A stretch of 32,000 nt of DNA from Haloferax volcanii DS2 (GTDB lineage Archaea; Halobacteriota; Halobacteria; Halobacteriales; Haloferacaceae), in assembly GCF_000025685.1 (NCBI RefSeq), contig NC_013967.1:1920001-1952000 (forward strand), in the 5' to 3' direction. Below, piece after piece: positions 16,171 to 25,563 of this stretch (positions are counted from its first letter, which is position 1; each line of letters begins with the position of its first letter). The notes beneath the pieces are model-generated. The model saw nothing but the letters and a program-made list of their open reading frames with translations. It ran no database searches and was not told the DNA's origin. Position numbers and translations under genes: made by a program.

Positions 16171-17793
16171 TCATCGACGGCGGTAGATGACGGCTATCGC
16201 TCCGATTCCGAGGAGTGCGACGACTCCGAGGACCGACATCGGAACCGGGAGTCCACCGCTCGACGGGGAGAGCGCAATGCCGACCGGCAGGCCGTCAGTG
16301 TACCTCGTGTCGCCGTCAGCCTCGTCGTACCGAACCTCGACCGAGGCGTCGTAAGCCTTGACAACCGCACTCGACCCGGCACTGACGGTGAACGTCGCCG
16401 TTTTGGTTTCTCCCGGCTGCATCTCTCCGAGATACGCGCCGTCGTCGGACGTCGAAATCGGGTCGCTCACGAAGAGCTTGGCGTTCGTCGCCGACACCGG
16501 TTCTTCGCCGTTGTACTGCACCGTGACGTCCACCGTGTCGGTCGCGCCCGGCGAGACGCTCGTGTTGACGCCGACGACCGTGAACGGGTCCTGTTCGGGT
16601 TCGATTGCTATCGACTTCCGAATCGGCGACGTCGTTCTCACGTCACCGTCTTGGTTCTCGTATTCGACGACGAACGGGAACATGTTCGTCCCCGGTTCAG
16701 CGCCCGCCGGAATCGAGACGGTAAACGAGACCGGCTTCGACTCGCCGGGGGCGAGGTCTCCGATAGCGGACTCGCCGTTCGTCGGCGTCACGAGCGCCGT
16801 GTCACCGATTTGGACTGCGAGGTTGTTCGCGGTGCCGCTGCCCGTGTTGACGACCTGTGCGTTGATTTTCGCTTCACCTTCGTCGACCCTGAATCGCTCC
16901 GTCTCGATGTCGCGTATCTCGAAGCTTCGCTCGGGGTTCACCGCGATGCCGGTCGTCAGCGTGTCCGACGTTTCGGTGACGCCGTTCTGGTTCTGGTACG
17001 ACACGGCCAGGTTGACGGGGTACTCACCTGCCTGGGTCTCCGCCGCCGCACCGACCTGGACCGAGAGGTTCGTCCGCTCGCCCGGTTCGAGGGTCGGGAC
17101 GTACAGGCTCGTCGACGACTGCGGATTCTGCATCGTGCCGAAGAAAATCGTCGGCGACTGCGTCGTGAGCTGGACCGACGACGACGTTGCGGTTCGCGTG
17201 CCCGTATTTTCGAGCGCGAACGAGAGCTGGCCGGTGTCGCCGGCGAATACGGCGTTGTTACCTTCGCTCACGACCTCGAACTGCGGGCGGTCTTCGACTT
17301 CGATCGTCACCGACTTCTCTCTCGTGACGGTCCGCCACGTGTATTCCGGTCCGTCGACGCTGCCGTAGGTGACCATCCGGACGTACTTGTACTGCACCTC
17401 GACGGGTATCTCGTAGGTGCCCGGCTCGGCGTTTCCGAGTTCGATGTTGAAATCAAACCGAGCGGTCCCCGAGTCGGGGATGGTGCCCGCGATAACGGTT
17501 CCCGTCTTCACGTCGATTGGTGCATCGATCTGTTCTTCGAGAATCTCCATCTCCACGCTCTGTGCGGTCTGGACTTCCTGTTCGTACTGTGCCGGCCCAC
17601 CCTGTTCGAGCCGACCGTTGTTGCTTGCGACAACCGACAGCGTCGCGGCCTCGCTCGACCGGTAGGTGTTATCCGACACGCTGAGCGAGAGCTCCGGGTT
17701 CCCGTACACCGAACTCTCGGCCGACACGGGGACTGCGGCAATCGACGTTACGACTAGTACACAGAGGAGTATCGCTGATTTGTTCCGAACCAT
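16171..17793 (-). CDS. COG1361/CARDB-type surface (S-layer-domain) protein, 540 aa, with a C-terminal TM anchor
   Basis: Signal peptide MVRNKSAILLCVLVVTSIAAVPVSAES, followed by repeated beta-sandwich units (NTGTRTATSSSVQL, VVNTGSGTANNLAVQI). The C-terminal anchor is LPVPMSVLGVVALLGIGAIAVIYRRR. It is a paralogue of the partial CDS at 1..1572. Confidence 0.88.
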   Translation of the reverse strand: MVRNKSAILLCVLVVTSIAAVPVSAESSVYGNPELSLSVSDNTYRSSEAATLSVVASNNGRLEQGGPAQYEQEVQTAQSVEMEILEEQIDAPIDVKTGTVIAGTIPDSGTARFDFNIELGNAEPGTYEIPVEVQYKYVRMVTYGSVDGPEYTWRTVTREKSVTIEVEDRPQFEVVSEGNNAVFAGDTGQLSFALENTGTRTATSSSVQLTTQSPTIFFGTMQNPQSSTSLYVPTLEPGERTNLSVQVGAAAETQAGEYPVNLAVSYQNQNGVTETSDTLTTGIAVNPERSFEIRDIETERFRVDEGEAKINAQVVNTGSGTANNLAVQIGDTALVTPTNGESAIGDLAPGESKPVSFTVSIPAGAEPGTNMFPFVVEYENQDGDVRTTSPIRKSIAIEPEQDPFTVVGVNTSVSPGATDTVDVTVQYNGEEPVSATNAKLFVSDPISTSDDGAYLGEMQPGETKTATFTVSAGSSAVVKAYDASVEVRYDEADGDTRYTDGLPVGIALSPSSGGLPVPMSVLGVVALLGIGAIAVIYRRR

Positions 17794-18049
17794 CGTATGA
17801 TCTTGTTAGGTGTCTAACTGGCCGTTCGGAGGGTGACTTCCCGAGTCTTCGTCCGCTCCGATATCCGAGTTCACACCTGTGACGTGATTGGTTGAGGTGT
17901 AAAACTCTATCGAACGGTCGTTCTATCAAAATAATTTCATATTTGAACAGCCAGCAGCAGCGCCAAGGCCCCTGTCGAACCAGTGACGTGTAACTTAACG
18001 AAGGCGAAAACTAAATCCGTATCCTGACGTATTAAGGTGTAAGACAAAC

Positions 18050-21000
18050 GTGGTGGGTAACAATCTGATTTCGTGGGCGGTGGTGCTCGTTGTCGTCTGT
18101 ACGCTTTTTACGCCCGTGTCGAGTGCCCCGGCCGCGGCAGCGCCGCCTGCGGTCACGTTCGTCGAGACGCCAATCCAGTCGGATACGACGTGGACCGCGG
18201 ATGAGGGTCCGTATCGACTCATCCGGAGCGTCGCTATCGAGCCCGGTGCGACGCTCACGATTCGCCCCGGTACGGAAGTGCAACTGGCGGAGGGGGTTTC
18301 GCTCACCGTCCGGGGCTCGTTGCAAGCCGAGGGCACTGCCGAACGGCCGGTTCGAATCACGCAGAGCGCGCCGTCGGGGCGGAATCTCAGATGGGAGACG
18401 ATTCGCTACAACGGCACCGAATCGTCGACGCTCTCGCTTCGACACACGACGCTCCACGGCGGTCACAGCGGGATTACGACGACGAGCGGAGCCGGCTCCG
18501 TCACAATCGTCGACTCGCGCTTGGAGAACTTCTCCGTGGCGGGTATCTCCGTCAACGGCACGGCGATGCCCCCGGTCGAACTCACGCGGTCGACGCTGAC
18601 CGACATCGGCGGCCACGCCGTCCGCGCGAGCCCCTCAACCGGGGCCGTGGAGGAGGTCGAACTGAACACGACGGACCGACGACGGAACCAGACGGTACGG
18701 CACACGCTCGGACTCGCCCTCGGCGTCGGCGTCTCGATGGAGACGATTCGGCTCCGGTATCCCACCGAGCGGTCGGTACGCGACGTCGACGCCGAGACGC
18801 TCGACCGAATCGGCCTCGACACCGACAACGATGGAGACATCGACCGGTCGCTCGACGACGACGTTTCGGACGTCTCGGTCAGCGGGCGTCGCGTCGAGAT
18901 TTCGCTGTCGCGGTCGGTGTACGTGTCGAGTCGGGACCGGCTCATCGTCGAGTACGGCGGGGTCGTGAACCCACGGACCCGAGGCGTGTACCCCATCGGC
19001 GTCAGCGTGCTCGAACACCGGACGCCGCAGCTATCGGACGGTGTCCACGCGATGTACGTCGTCGGCGAGGAGACGACGCCGTTCGCGTACACGCGGCCGA
19101 CCGACCTCACACGCGTCCGAGGTATCACCGTCAGTCAGTCCGTGTTCGACGGGATTGATGGTGCGGGAGTGTTCGCCGCCGCGGATATCGTCACCGGCGT
19201 CAGAATCAGCGAGAGTCGGTTCACCGACGTACGGGGCGACGGCGTGGCGATACGGGCCGCCCAAAGTGAAAGCAGTTTCCGCGACAACCGCCTGCGCGCC
19301 GGCGATGCGGGGATTCACGTCGAAACCCGAACGCAGACGACGCTGGTCGCGAGCGAAAATCGGATTTCGGAGTCGGAAACCGGGATTCGCGTTCGACAGT
19401 CCGAGCGGCGCGTCCGCGGCGTCACACGGGTGACGCTCCGCGGAAACGAGTTGGTCGCCAACGACCGCAACGGACTCGAAATCCAGTCCGAAACGAGCGA
19501 GGGCGAACTGCTGCTCGCGAACAACACGATGAGCGAAAACGGGGGCGACGGGGTCGCGCTCTCGAACTGGGCCATCAAGGACAGCCGCGTCAGCGGCAAC
19601 CAACTGTTCGACAACGGCGACGACGGCATCGCAATCGACAGCCACGTGGTGCGGAACCTCACGCTGTCCCGGAACCGAATCGCGGACAACGGCGGCGACG
19701 GACTCGACGTGTCCGTCCGCGCGTTGGTTCGAGATGTCGCTGCGACCGACAACACGATTTCCGACAACCGGGGCCACGCGCTCGCGGTGCGCTCCGACCT
19801 GCTCGTCCATCGCGTTGCTGTCGCGGGGAACGACCTCACCAACAACGGCGGGGCTGGGCTCCTCGTTTCGACCCCGCTCACGCACAACGGGCGGCTCAGC
19901 GTGACGGACAACGTGCTCGTTGCGAACGGTTACGGACTCGTGGCTCGCGGGACGCTGAATGCGACGGTGCAGCGCAACGACATCGTGTTCAACACGAACT
20001 CGCACGTCCGACCGCCACCGCTTCCCGGCGTCGACCCCGGTACGGGAGTCTACATCGCGGAAGGGCCGCGCGGTGCGGTCCTCGACCAGAGCGACCCGGA
20101 CGCCCCGTTTGCTGAGCTCGTTGCGAACCCGCGGCTCCGGCAACAGATCGAGATTACGCGGCTCTGGGGCGATACGGTCGCCGTCCTTCGCACCGACGGG
20201 GTGAGCCACGTCCGCTCGACGACCGAGGGTGCGGTCGACGTCCGCCGCGTCGACGGCACGCTCCCGACGGGTGTCGAACTCTCGTACGCCAACTCGACCC
20301 CCGACCGCTTCCGGGTCGCCGACAACGACATCTACGGTCACGACACCGGGATGGAGATAAATATCACGCAGCTCGTCACGGCGAACACGACGGCACGAAT
20401 CGTCACCGACTCGATACAGACGGTCAACGCGGAGTCGAACTACTGGGGTGCCGCGAGCGGACCCTACCACGCGTCCATCCTGCCGGAAGGCGAGGGCGAC
20501 GAGGTCACGATTACCAACGGCTGGGTCGACTTCATTCCGGTCGCGGACGCTCCGACCGGCCAGCAGTACCGACGGCCGACTGCCCGCCTCGACGCGCCGT
20601 CGGCGGCCGAGCCGGGCAGTCGAATCGACGTTTCGGGGGCCGATAGCACAGCCGGGACCGGGTCGGTCACCACGTATCATTTCGTCGTTAACGGGACGAA
20701 CCACACGACGCGGGACAGCGCCGACCTCCGCCTCCAGATGCCGAACGAGACGCTCTCGGTCTCACTCGCTGTCGAAGACGACCTCGGAATCGACAGCAAC
20801 GCCTCCGCAACGGCGCGCGTCCGGGCGGCGTCATCCGGCGACGCGGCGGTGAGCGCTCCGGGGAGTCAGTCGGCCGCGTCCGGCCCCGAACAGGGGGTGT
20901 CGTCCGGGGCTGGACTCCGTTCTGCGTGGGGTCTCCTCGGCGGTGGCTGTCTCCTGGCTGCGCTCTTCTTCGGCGGCTACGGGATGGTCCGGACGGTCCG

Positions 21001-21178
21001 AAACCAGCCGGTCCCGATGCGCGGGGTGTTCGTGCAGGCGCTCGCGGCGTTCGGTATTCTGGTCTGGCTCGTCGCCGGCTTCGTCGGCTCGACGCAGCTC
21101 GTCCTCGTCGGCGGTGCCGCCGGGGTCGTTTGGGGCGGGCTCACCCTCGTCGCGTACCTTCTCGCCACTCGCCTCTGA
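18050..21178 (+). CDS. Right-handed parallel beta-helix (PbH1/NosD-like) surface protein with a PKD-like domain and three C-terminal TM helices, 1042 aa
   Basis: Consecutive ~22-aa PbH1 repeats are present: NNTMSENGGDGVALS, GNQLFDNGDDGIAID, RNRIADNGGDGLDVS, DNTISDNRGHALAVR, GNDLTNNGGAGLLVS. An NYWG..SGP motif is present. The PKD-like segment is PTARLDAPSAAEPGSRIDVSGADS...TYHFVVNG. The hydrophobic C-terminus is LLGGGCLLAALFFGGYG, ALAAFGILVWLVAGFVG, VGGAAGVVWGGLTLVAYLLA. The start is GTG at 18050 or 18053, with no in-frame ATG nearby. Confidence 0.85.
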   Translation: MVGNNLISWAVVLVVVCTLFTPVSSAPAAAAPPAVTFVETPIQSDTTWTADEGPYRLIRSVAIEPGATLTIRPGTEVQLAEGVSLTVRGSLQAEGTAERPVRITQSAPSGRNLRWETIRYNGTESSTLSLRHTTLHGGHSGITTTSGAGSVTIVDSRLENFSVAGISVNGTAMPPVELTRSTLTDIGGHAVRASPSTGAVEEVELNTTDRRRNQTVRHTLGLALGVGVSMETIRLRYPTERSVRDVDAETLDRIGLDTDNDGDIDRSLDDDVSDVSVSGRRVEISLSRSVYVSSRDRLIVEYGGVVNPRTRGVYPIGVSVLEHRTPQLSDGVHAMYVVGEETTPFAYTRPTDLTRVRGITVSQSVFDGIDGAGVFAAADIVTGVRISESRFTDVRGDGVAIRAAQSESSFRDNRLRAGDAGIHVETRTQTTLVASENRISESETGIRVRQSERRVRGVTRVTLRGNELVANDRNGLEIQSETSEGELLLANNTMSENGGDGVALSNWAIKDSRVSGNQLFDNGDDGIAIDSHVVRNLTLSRNRIADNGGDGLDVSVRALVRDVAATDNTISDNRGHALAVRSDLLVHRVAVAGNDLTNNGGAGLLVSTPLTHNGRLSVTDNVLVANGYGLVARGTLNATVQRNDIVFNTNSHVRPPPLPGVDPGTGVYIAEGPRGAVLDQSDPDAPFAELVANPRLRQQIEITRLWGDTVAVLRTDGVSHVRSTTEGAVDVRRVDGTLPTGVELSYANSTPDRFRVADNDIYGHDTGMEINITQLVTANTTARIVTDSIQTVNAESNYWGAASGPYHASILPEGEGDEVTITNGWVDFIPVADAPTGQQYRRPTARLDAPSAAEPGSRIDVSGADSTAGTGSVTTYHFVVNGTNHTTRDSADLRLQMPNETLSVSLAVEDDLGIDSNASATARVRAASSGDAAVSAPGSQSAASGPEQGVSSGAGLRSAWGLLGGGCLLAALFFGGYGMVRTVRNQPVPMRGVFVQALAAFGILVWLVAGFVGSTQLVLVGGAAGVVWGGLTLVAYLLATRL

Positions 21179-21435
21179 GGCGTCTTCGAGACCGACACAC
21201 GGGTGTCAACCTTGTTCGACTGCGGCGGTATGTATGACGGATTTGGGTCTAAGTAGTGGAAAAACTCATTTATTCTTGGCTCAGTGAACTGTCCTGTGGA
21301 AATGGAGCAATCCAACCTGACAGTCCCACTGACCTACCGGCCCTCCCAGAATCAGACACCGAGTACACGACCGGTTCGGATTCGAGAACGACCCGACTGC
21401 GGCGGTGTATCGAGTGTGACATCCGGGGCCGACGT

Positions 21436-22626
21436 ATGACAGCTAAACGCGGCGCTCGACTCGCTGTCGTGGCGACAGTCGCGCTGGTTGCCGTTACGAG
21501 CGTACTCGTCGCGAGCCTCCCGGCGGTGAGCGCACAGTCGGGCCAAATCGTGGTCAACTCGACGACGGTCGAGCCGCGCGAGCCGTACGTCGGTGAATTG
21601 GTCACGGTCAGGGCGACCGTTTCGAACTTCGAGAGTAGCTCCGGCGGCGCCGACCTCAAAGAGGTCACGCTCCGGTCGGGCGGCGGCATCGTCGCTGAAG
21701 CGAGCAACCTCGGAACGCTCGGACCGGGTGGGTCCGTCGACGTGCCGCTGTCCACCACGTTCACGAGCGCAGGGGAAAAACAGCTCAAAGTCCACGTCTC
21801 CGGCCGCCACGAAAACGGGAACGTCATCAACGTCGAGTACCCGGTCATCGTGACGGTCGAAGAACGAGACGTGCGGGCTGGCCTCTCGGTGGGCGAACAG
21901 ACGAACGACACCGTCAACGTGGAGTTGACCAACTACGGGAACACGAACCTCTCGAACGTCGAAATCACCGCGTCAGTAAACGGTTCCCAGATTGCCCAGC
22001 GGTACACCGCGAATCTCGACCCGGACGCGAACCGCTCTGTCGTGTTCGACACCGCCGATATGAGCGACCGGGTCGTGCTGTTCACTGCGACGTACACCGT
22101 CGACGGAGAAACGTTCACGACCACGCTGTCGGAGGAGATAGAGGACGACTCGGTCCCCGGAGAGATTCGACTGACGAGCATCGAGACCACGCAAAGAGCC
22201 GGCTCCGTGACGATACAAGGCGACGCCGCAAACGTCGGGAACACGGACGCGAGCTCGGTCTTGCTGACGGTCAAGGAGACGGCAAACGTCACCCACGGTT
22301 CGCCGTCCGGCGGCTACTTCGTCGGGCGCGTGGAGGCGAGCGAGTTCGCCACGTTCGACGTGACCGCAGAGCTCAGCGGCGAGCCGACGACCGTTCCCAT
22401 CGAGGTGTCCTACATCGTCGACGGCGACCGGGTGACGACGACACAGGAGGTGCCACTCGATTCCGGTGGTGCCGCGCCTGTCGCCGCCGGTTCCCAGTCC
22501 GAGCAGGGTCCGGGCTCCAATGAATCGCAGTCGGGCGGTTCCCAGCTTCCGTTACCCGTTATCGGGGGCGTGCTGGTGGTCGTCGTGCTCGGTGGGGTCG
22601 GCATCTATCGCTGGCGCCAGCACTAG
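21436..22626 (+). CDS. CARDB/COG1361-like triple beta-sandwich protein with a C-terminal TM anchor, 396 aa
   Basis: Track ORF 21256..22626 trimmed to the ATG at 21436 (MTAKRGARLAVVATVALVAVTSVLVASLPAVSAQS). It has three repeats (VTVRATVSNFES, VNVELTNYGNTNLSNVEI, VTIQGDAANVGNTDASSV). The C-terminus is LPLPVIGGVLVVVVLGGVGIYRWRQH. Its stop at 22624..22626 lies 1 nt before the next ATG. Confidence 0.8.
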   Translation: MTAKRGARLAVVATVALVAVTSVLVASLPAVSAQSGQIVVNSTTVEPREPYVGELVTVRATVSNFESSSGGADLKEVTLRSGGGIVAEASNLGTLGPGGSVDVPLSTTFTSAGEKQLKVHVSGRHENGNVINVEYPVIVTVEERDVRAGLSVGEQTNDTVNVELTNYGNTNLSNVEITASVNGSQIAQRYTANLDPDANRSVVFDTADMSDRVVLFTATYTVDGETFTTTLSEEIEDDSVPGEIRLTSIETTQRAGSVTIQGDAANVGNTDASSVLLTVKETANVTHGSPSGGYFVGRVEASEFATFDVTAELSGEPTTVPIEVSYIVDGDRVTTTQEVPLDSGGAAPVAAGSQSEQGPGSNESQSGGSQLPLPVIGGVLVVVVLGGVGIYRWRQH

Positions 22627-22627
22627 C

Positions 22628-23305
22628 ATGAGTGTCATTGAACTCGCTGACGTCGTGAAACGGTATCAGAACGGCGAGGAGGTCATCGCCGCGCTCGACC
22701 ACGTCGACTTTCGCGCCGACCGCGGTGAGATGGTGACCATCATCGGCCCGTCTGGGTCCGGGAAAAGTACCATGCTGAACATGATCGGGCTGCTCGACAC
22801 GCCGACAGAGGGGACGGTCCATCTCGACGGCCGTAACGTGACCGACTTCTCTGAGGACGAACTGACAGAAGAGCGTCGGTCCGGTATCGGGTTCGTGTTT
22901 CAGGACTTCCACCTGCTGCCGATGCTGACCGCGACCGAGAACGTCGAACTCCCCTCGATGTGGGACACCTCGGTTGACCGGCACGACCGCGCCCAGGACC
23001 TCCTCCAGCGGGTGGGGCTCGGTGACCGACTCAATCACACTCCCGACCAGCTCTCGGGCGGGCAGCGACAGCGCGTCGCCATCGCGCGGGCGCTCATCAA
23101 CGAGCCGGATATCCTCCTCGCCGACGAGCCGACGGGGAACCTCGACCAAGACACCGGCGAGACGATTCTGACCGAGCTGACTCGGTTGAAAGAAGACGAG
23201 AACGTCGCGATTGTCGCGGTCACCCACGACGAACAGATGCTCGAATACACCGACAGCACCGTCCGACTCGTCGATGGCGTCGTGACGGAGGTCTCCGGAC
23301 GATGA
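22628..23305 (+). CDS. ABC transporter ATP-binding protein, MacB/LolD-type (225 aa)
   Basis: Track ORF 22466..23305 trimmed to the ATG at 22628 ([13 protein letters not shown]). Walker A is GPSGSGKST, the signature motif is [15 protein letters not shown] and Walker B is [12 protein letters not shown]. Confidence 0.93.
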   Translation: MSVIELADVVKRYQNGEEVIAALDHVDFRADRGEMVTIIGPSGSGKSTMLNMIGLLDTPTEGTVHLDGRNVTDFSEDELTEERRSGIGFVFQDFHLLPMLTATENVELPSMWDTSVDRHDRAQDLLQRVGLGDRLNHTPDQLSGGQRQRVAIARALINEPDILLADEPTGNLDQDTGETILTELTRLKEDENVAIVAVTHDEQMLEYTDSTVRLVDGVVTEVSGR

Positions 23306-24444
23306 GCGTCGTTGATTTCCTCTGGCGCTTCCCCAGCGTCCAGATGGCGTGGCGGAACCTCGGCCGGAACAAACTGCGGACGATGTTGGCCGCGCTCGGC
23401 ATCATCATCGGCGTCGTCTCGATCTGTTCGCTCGGAATGGCGACGGCTGCGATTCAACAGCAGGCGACGTCACAGTTGGGAAGTATCGGCAACGAGGTGT
23501 CGATAACGTCCGGTCAGGACAGCGACACGGACGGGGTGACCGACGACCAGGTCGATACGATACGGAATCTGGTGACCGACGCGGAGGTCGTCCCCCAGAA
23601 GACGAACTCGACGACGATCTCTTCACGAAACGGACGGGAGGTGAGGGTAAGCGTCACCGGGGTGACGAACGCGGCAGCGCTATACAACCTCACGTCCGGC
23701 GAAGCACCCTCCCGGCTGTTGAGCGGCGCGCTCCTCAGCAACAGCACCGCCACGACACTCGGGATTGAGGAGGGCGACCCCGTCGAGTACGACGGCCAAC
23801 TGTACCGCGTACAGGGGCTCATCGAGGAAGAAAACGCGTTCGGCTTCGGCGGCGGTGAACTGGTGTTACCCGAGTCCGGCCTCTCCGACCAGAACCACTA
23901 CAACACCGTGACGGTCGTCGCCGAGGATAGCGCGACCGCGATAGAGATCGGTGGGGAGCTGGATCAGTACTTCAACACCGAAGACGAAGAAGAACTCAGC
24001 ATCAACACGTTCGGGAACGCGGGCCAAGTCGGCGGGTTCTTGGAGACGCTTTCGCTCGCCTTGTTGGCCATCGGCGGCATCTCGCTCGTCGTCGCGAGCG
24101 TCGCCATCCTCAACGTGATGCTGATGAGCACGGTCGAACGCCGCGGGGAAATCGGCGTCCTCCGCGCCGTCGGCATCCGCCGCTCCGAAGTGCTGCGGAT
24201 GATTCTGACGGAGGCCGCCCTGATGGGCACACTCGGCGGGCTCGTCGGGGCGACCCTTTCGCTTGCGGCGGGGCTCGTCATCTTCCAGATGATTACTGGA
24301 GACCCGCTCGGAGCGCTCCAGTGGAGCAGTGCGCAGTATCTGGTGTACGGGTTCGGGTTCGCCGTCGTTGCGAGCGTCCTCAGCGGGATTTACCCCGCGT
24401 GGAAAGCGGCGAACGACCGGCCGGTCGACGCATTGAGAGGCTGA
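23302..24444 (+). CDS. ABC transporter permease, MacB-like extracytoplasmic domain plus FtsX domain (380 aa)
   Basis: The N-terminal TM helix ([23 protein letters not shown]) is followed by a ~200-aa extracytoplasmic domain. Three C-terminal TM helices carry the FtsX-type motif [20 protein letters not shown]. An ATGA start/stop overlap with the ATPase gene lies at 23302..23305. Confidence 0.9.
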   Translation: MSVVDFLWRFPSVQMAWRNLGRNKLRTMLAALGIIIGVVSICSLGMATAAIQQQATSQLGSIGNEVSITSGQDSDTDGVTDDQVDTIRNLVTDAEVVPQKTNSTTISSRNGREVRVSVTGVTNAAALYNLTSGEAPSRLLSGALLSNSTATTLGIEEGDPVEYDGQLYRVQGLIEEENAFGFGGGELVLPESGLSDQNHYNTVTVVAEDSATAIEIGGELDQYFNTEDEEELSINTFGNAGQVGGFLETLSLALLAIGGISLVVASVAILNVMLMSTVERRGEIGVLRAVGIRRSEVLRMILTEAALMGTLGGLVGATLSLAAGLVIFQMITGDPLGALQWSSAQYLVYGFGFAVVASVLSGIYPAWKAANDRPVDALRG

Positions 24445-24471
24445 GTCACTCCCGTGGGAACGCCCGCGGCC

Positions 24472-25284
24472 TCAGCCGCCGGCGGATTTCTGCGTCGTCT
24501 CCGAAGCCGGGCCACCCTTGTGCAGTCGCGTGAGCCGGCGAAACACCGAGAGTACGAGTAGATAACAGAGAACAAGCCCGGCAGCGAACGCCCCGGCGAC
24601 AACCCAGAACACGACCACCCCTCCCGCTTTGAGCAGTCGAACCAGAAGCGACGCCGCGTTGGGCCCTAAATACCCTGCGAGCGTGGTTTTATTCGCCTGT
24701 GAGTCTCCGGTGATATCTTGGATGTTGCGGGACTCGACGCCGGCCGCGGTGATAAGAAACCAGCCGGCGAAAACGGTCACTCCATCGAGCGAATACGGCT
24801 GCGGCGTTGCTGCAACGACCGAAAACACGGCCACAAACGCCCAGGTGAACCCGACGCCGATAGAGTCGAGCGTCGGATAGCGCTTCAGCCAGCCGTAGCT
24901 TCCGAGGACGACGAGGGGAATCTGCGCAAAGAGTAGGTCGCTGACGTTTGCAGTCCCCGTCCGAAACACCAGCAGACAGACCACGAGCTCGTAGCCGAGC
25001 AGCGCGAGTAGCTCCGTCACGAGTAGTTCCGTCTGGTACCGTCGCACGAGCTTCGTCCGATACGGCTGATTCACCTCGTCTTCGGCTGTCACCCCCCGCC
25101 GGTCTTCGACATATACGAAATAGAACAGGAGCGGTGCGAGCAGCAGCCCTCCCCCAACTGAGAGGGGAACAACTCCCAACGCGACACCCGTGATTGCAAC
25201 CATCGCGGCAGAGAGCAAGCACAACCAGATGTTCAACTGGAAAAACAGGAATCGCATATCCGCGACTCTCATCTCAGTATGCAC
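24472..25284 (-). CDS. UbiA-prenyltransferase-family-like polytopic membrane protein (up to 270 aa; start uncertain among the ATGs at 25284, 25272 and 25257)
   Basis: About eight hydrophobic helices. The Asp-rich loops are degenerate: YVEDRRGVTAEDEVNQPYRT, compared with NDxxDxxxDxxNxPxRP, and NIQDITGDSQANKTTLA, compared with DxxDxxxD...TL. Confidence 0.5.
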   Translation of the reverse strand: MHTEMRVADMRFLFFQLNIWLCLLSAAMVAITGVALGVVPLSVGGGLLLAPLLFYFVYVEDRRGVTAEDEVNQPYRTKLVRRYQTELLVTELLALLGYELVVCLLVFRTGTANVSDLLFAQIPLVVLGSYGWLKRYPTLDSIGVGFTWAFVAVFSVVAATPQPYSLDGVTVFAGWFLITAAGVESRNIQDITGDSQANKTTLAGYLGPNAASLLVRLLKAGGVVVFWVVAGAFAAGLVLCYLLVLSVFRRLTRLHKGGPASETTQKSAGG

Positions 25285-25563
25285 CTCCTTGAGGGGAGAC
25301 GTTGCGGTAGATACGGTGTTGACGCCGCGGAGGGTAGTCCGTCCCGGTCATCTCTCGGACCTACCTCGCTGCTCGTACTATACTTGTTGGGTCAGCAACT
25401 CACGACCGAAACGACAACCCGGCCGTCGACTGCCGTTCACGCCCCGTCGGCACCCGTTTCTTTCATTTTCGTGACTAGATATGCGTCTCGGGTGCAAATC
25501 TGTGGACTATATTACACAATTCCAAAAAGAATAATTAGCACCCATCTACTGGTATAGAACACG

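Noticed and set aside
15940-17757. 605-aa plus-strand ORF, and 16358..17368
   Set aside because: Antisense shadow of the COG1361 gene 16171..17793 and the end of the RND gene. The composition is Arg/Val-rich.
19031-20704. 557-aa minus-strand ORF, and other ORFs inside 18050..21178
   Set aside because: Antisense to the beta-helix gene, whose PbH1 repeats give clear protein-level periodicity only in the plus frame.
21256-21435. N-terminal extensions of track ORFs (21256, 22466, 29889, 1813, 8183)
   Set aside because: Internal ATG starts give canonical signal peptides or conserved N-termini (MTAKRGARLAVV..., MSVIELADV..., METAEADV..., MCPRTRSIR..., MDSKHVGW...). The upstream extensions overlap neighbouring genes or intergenic DNA and have atypical composition.
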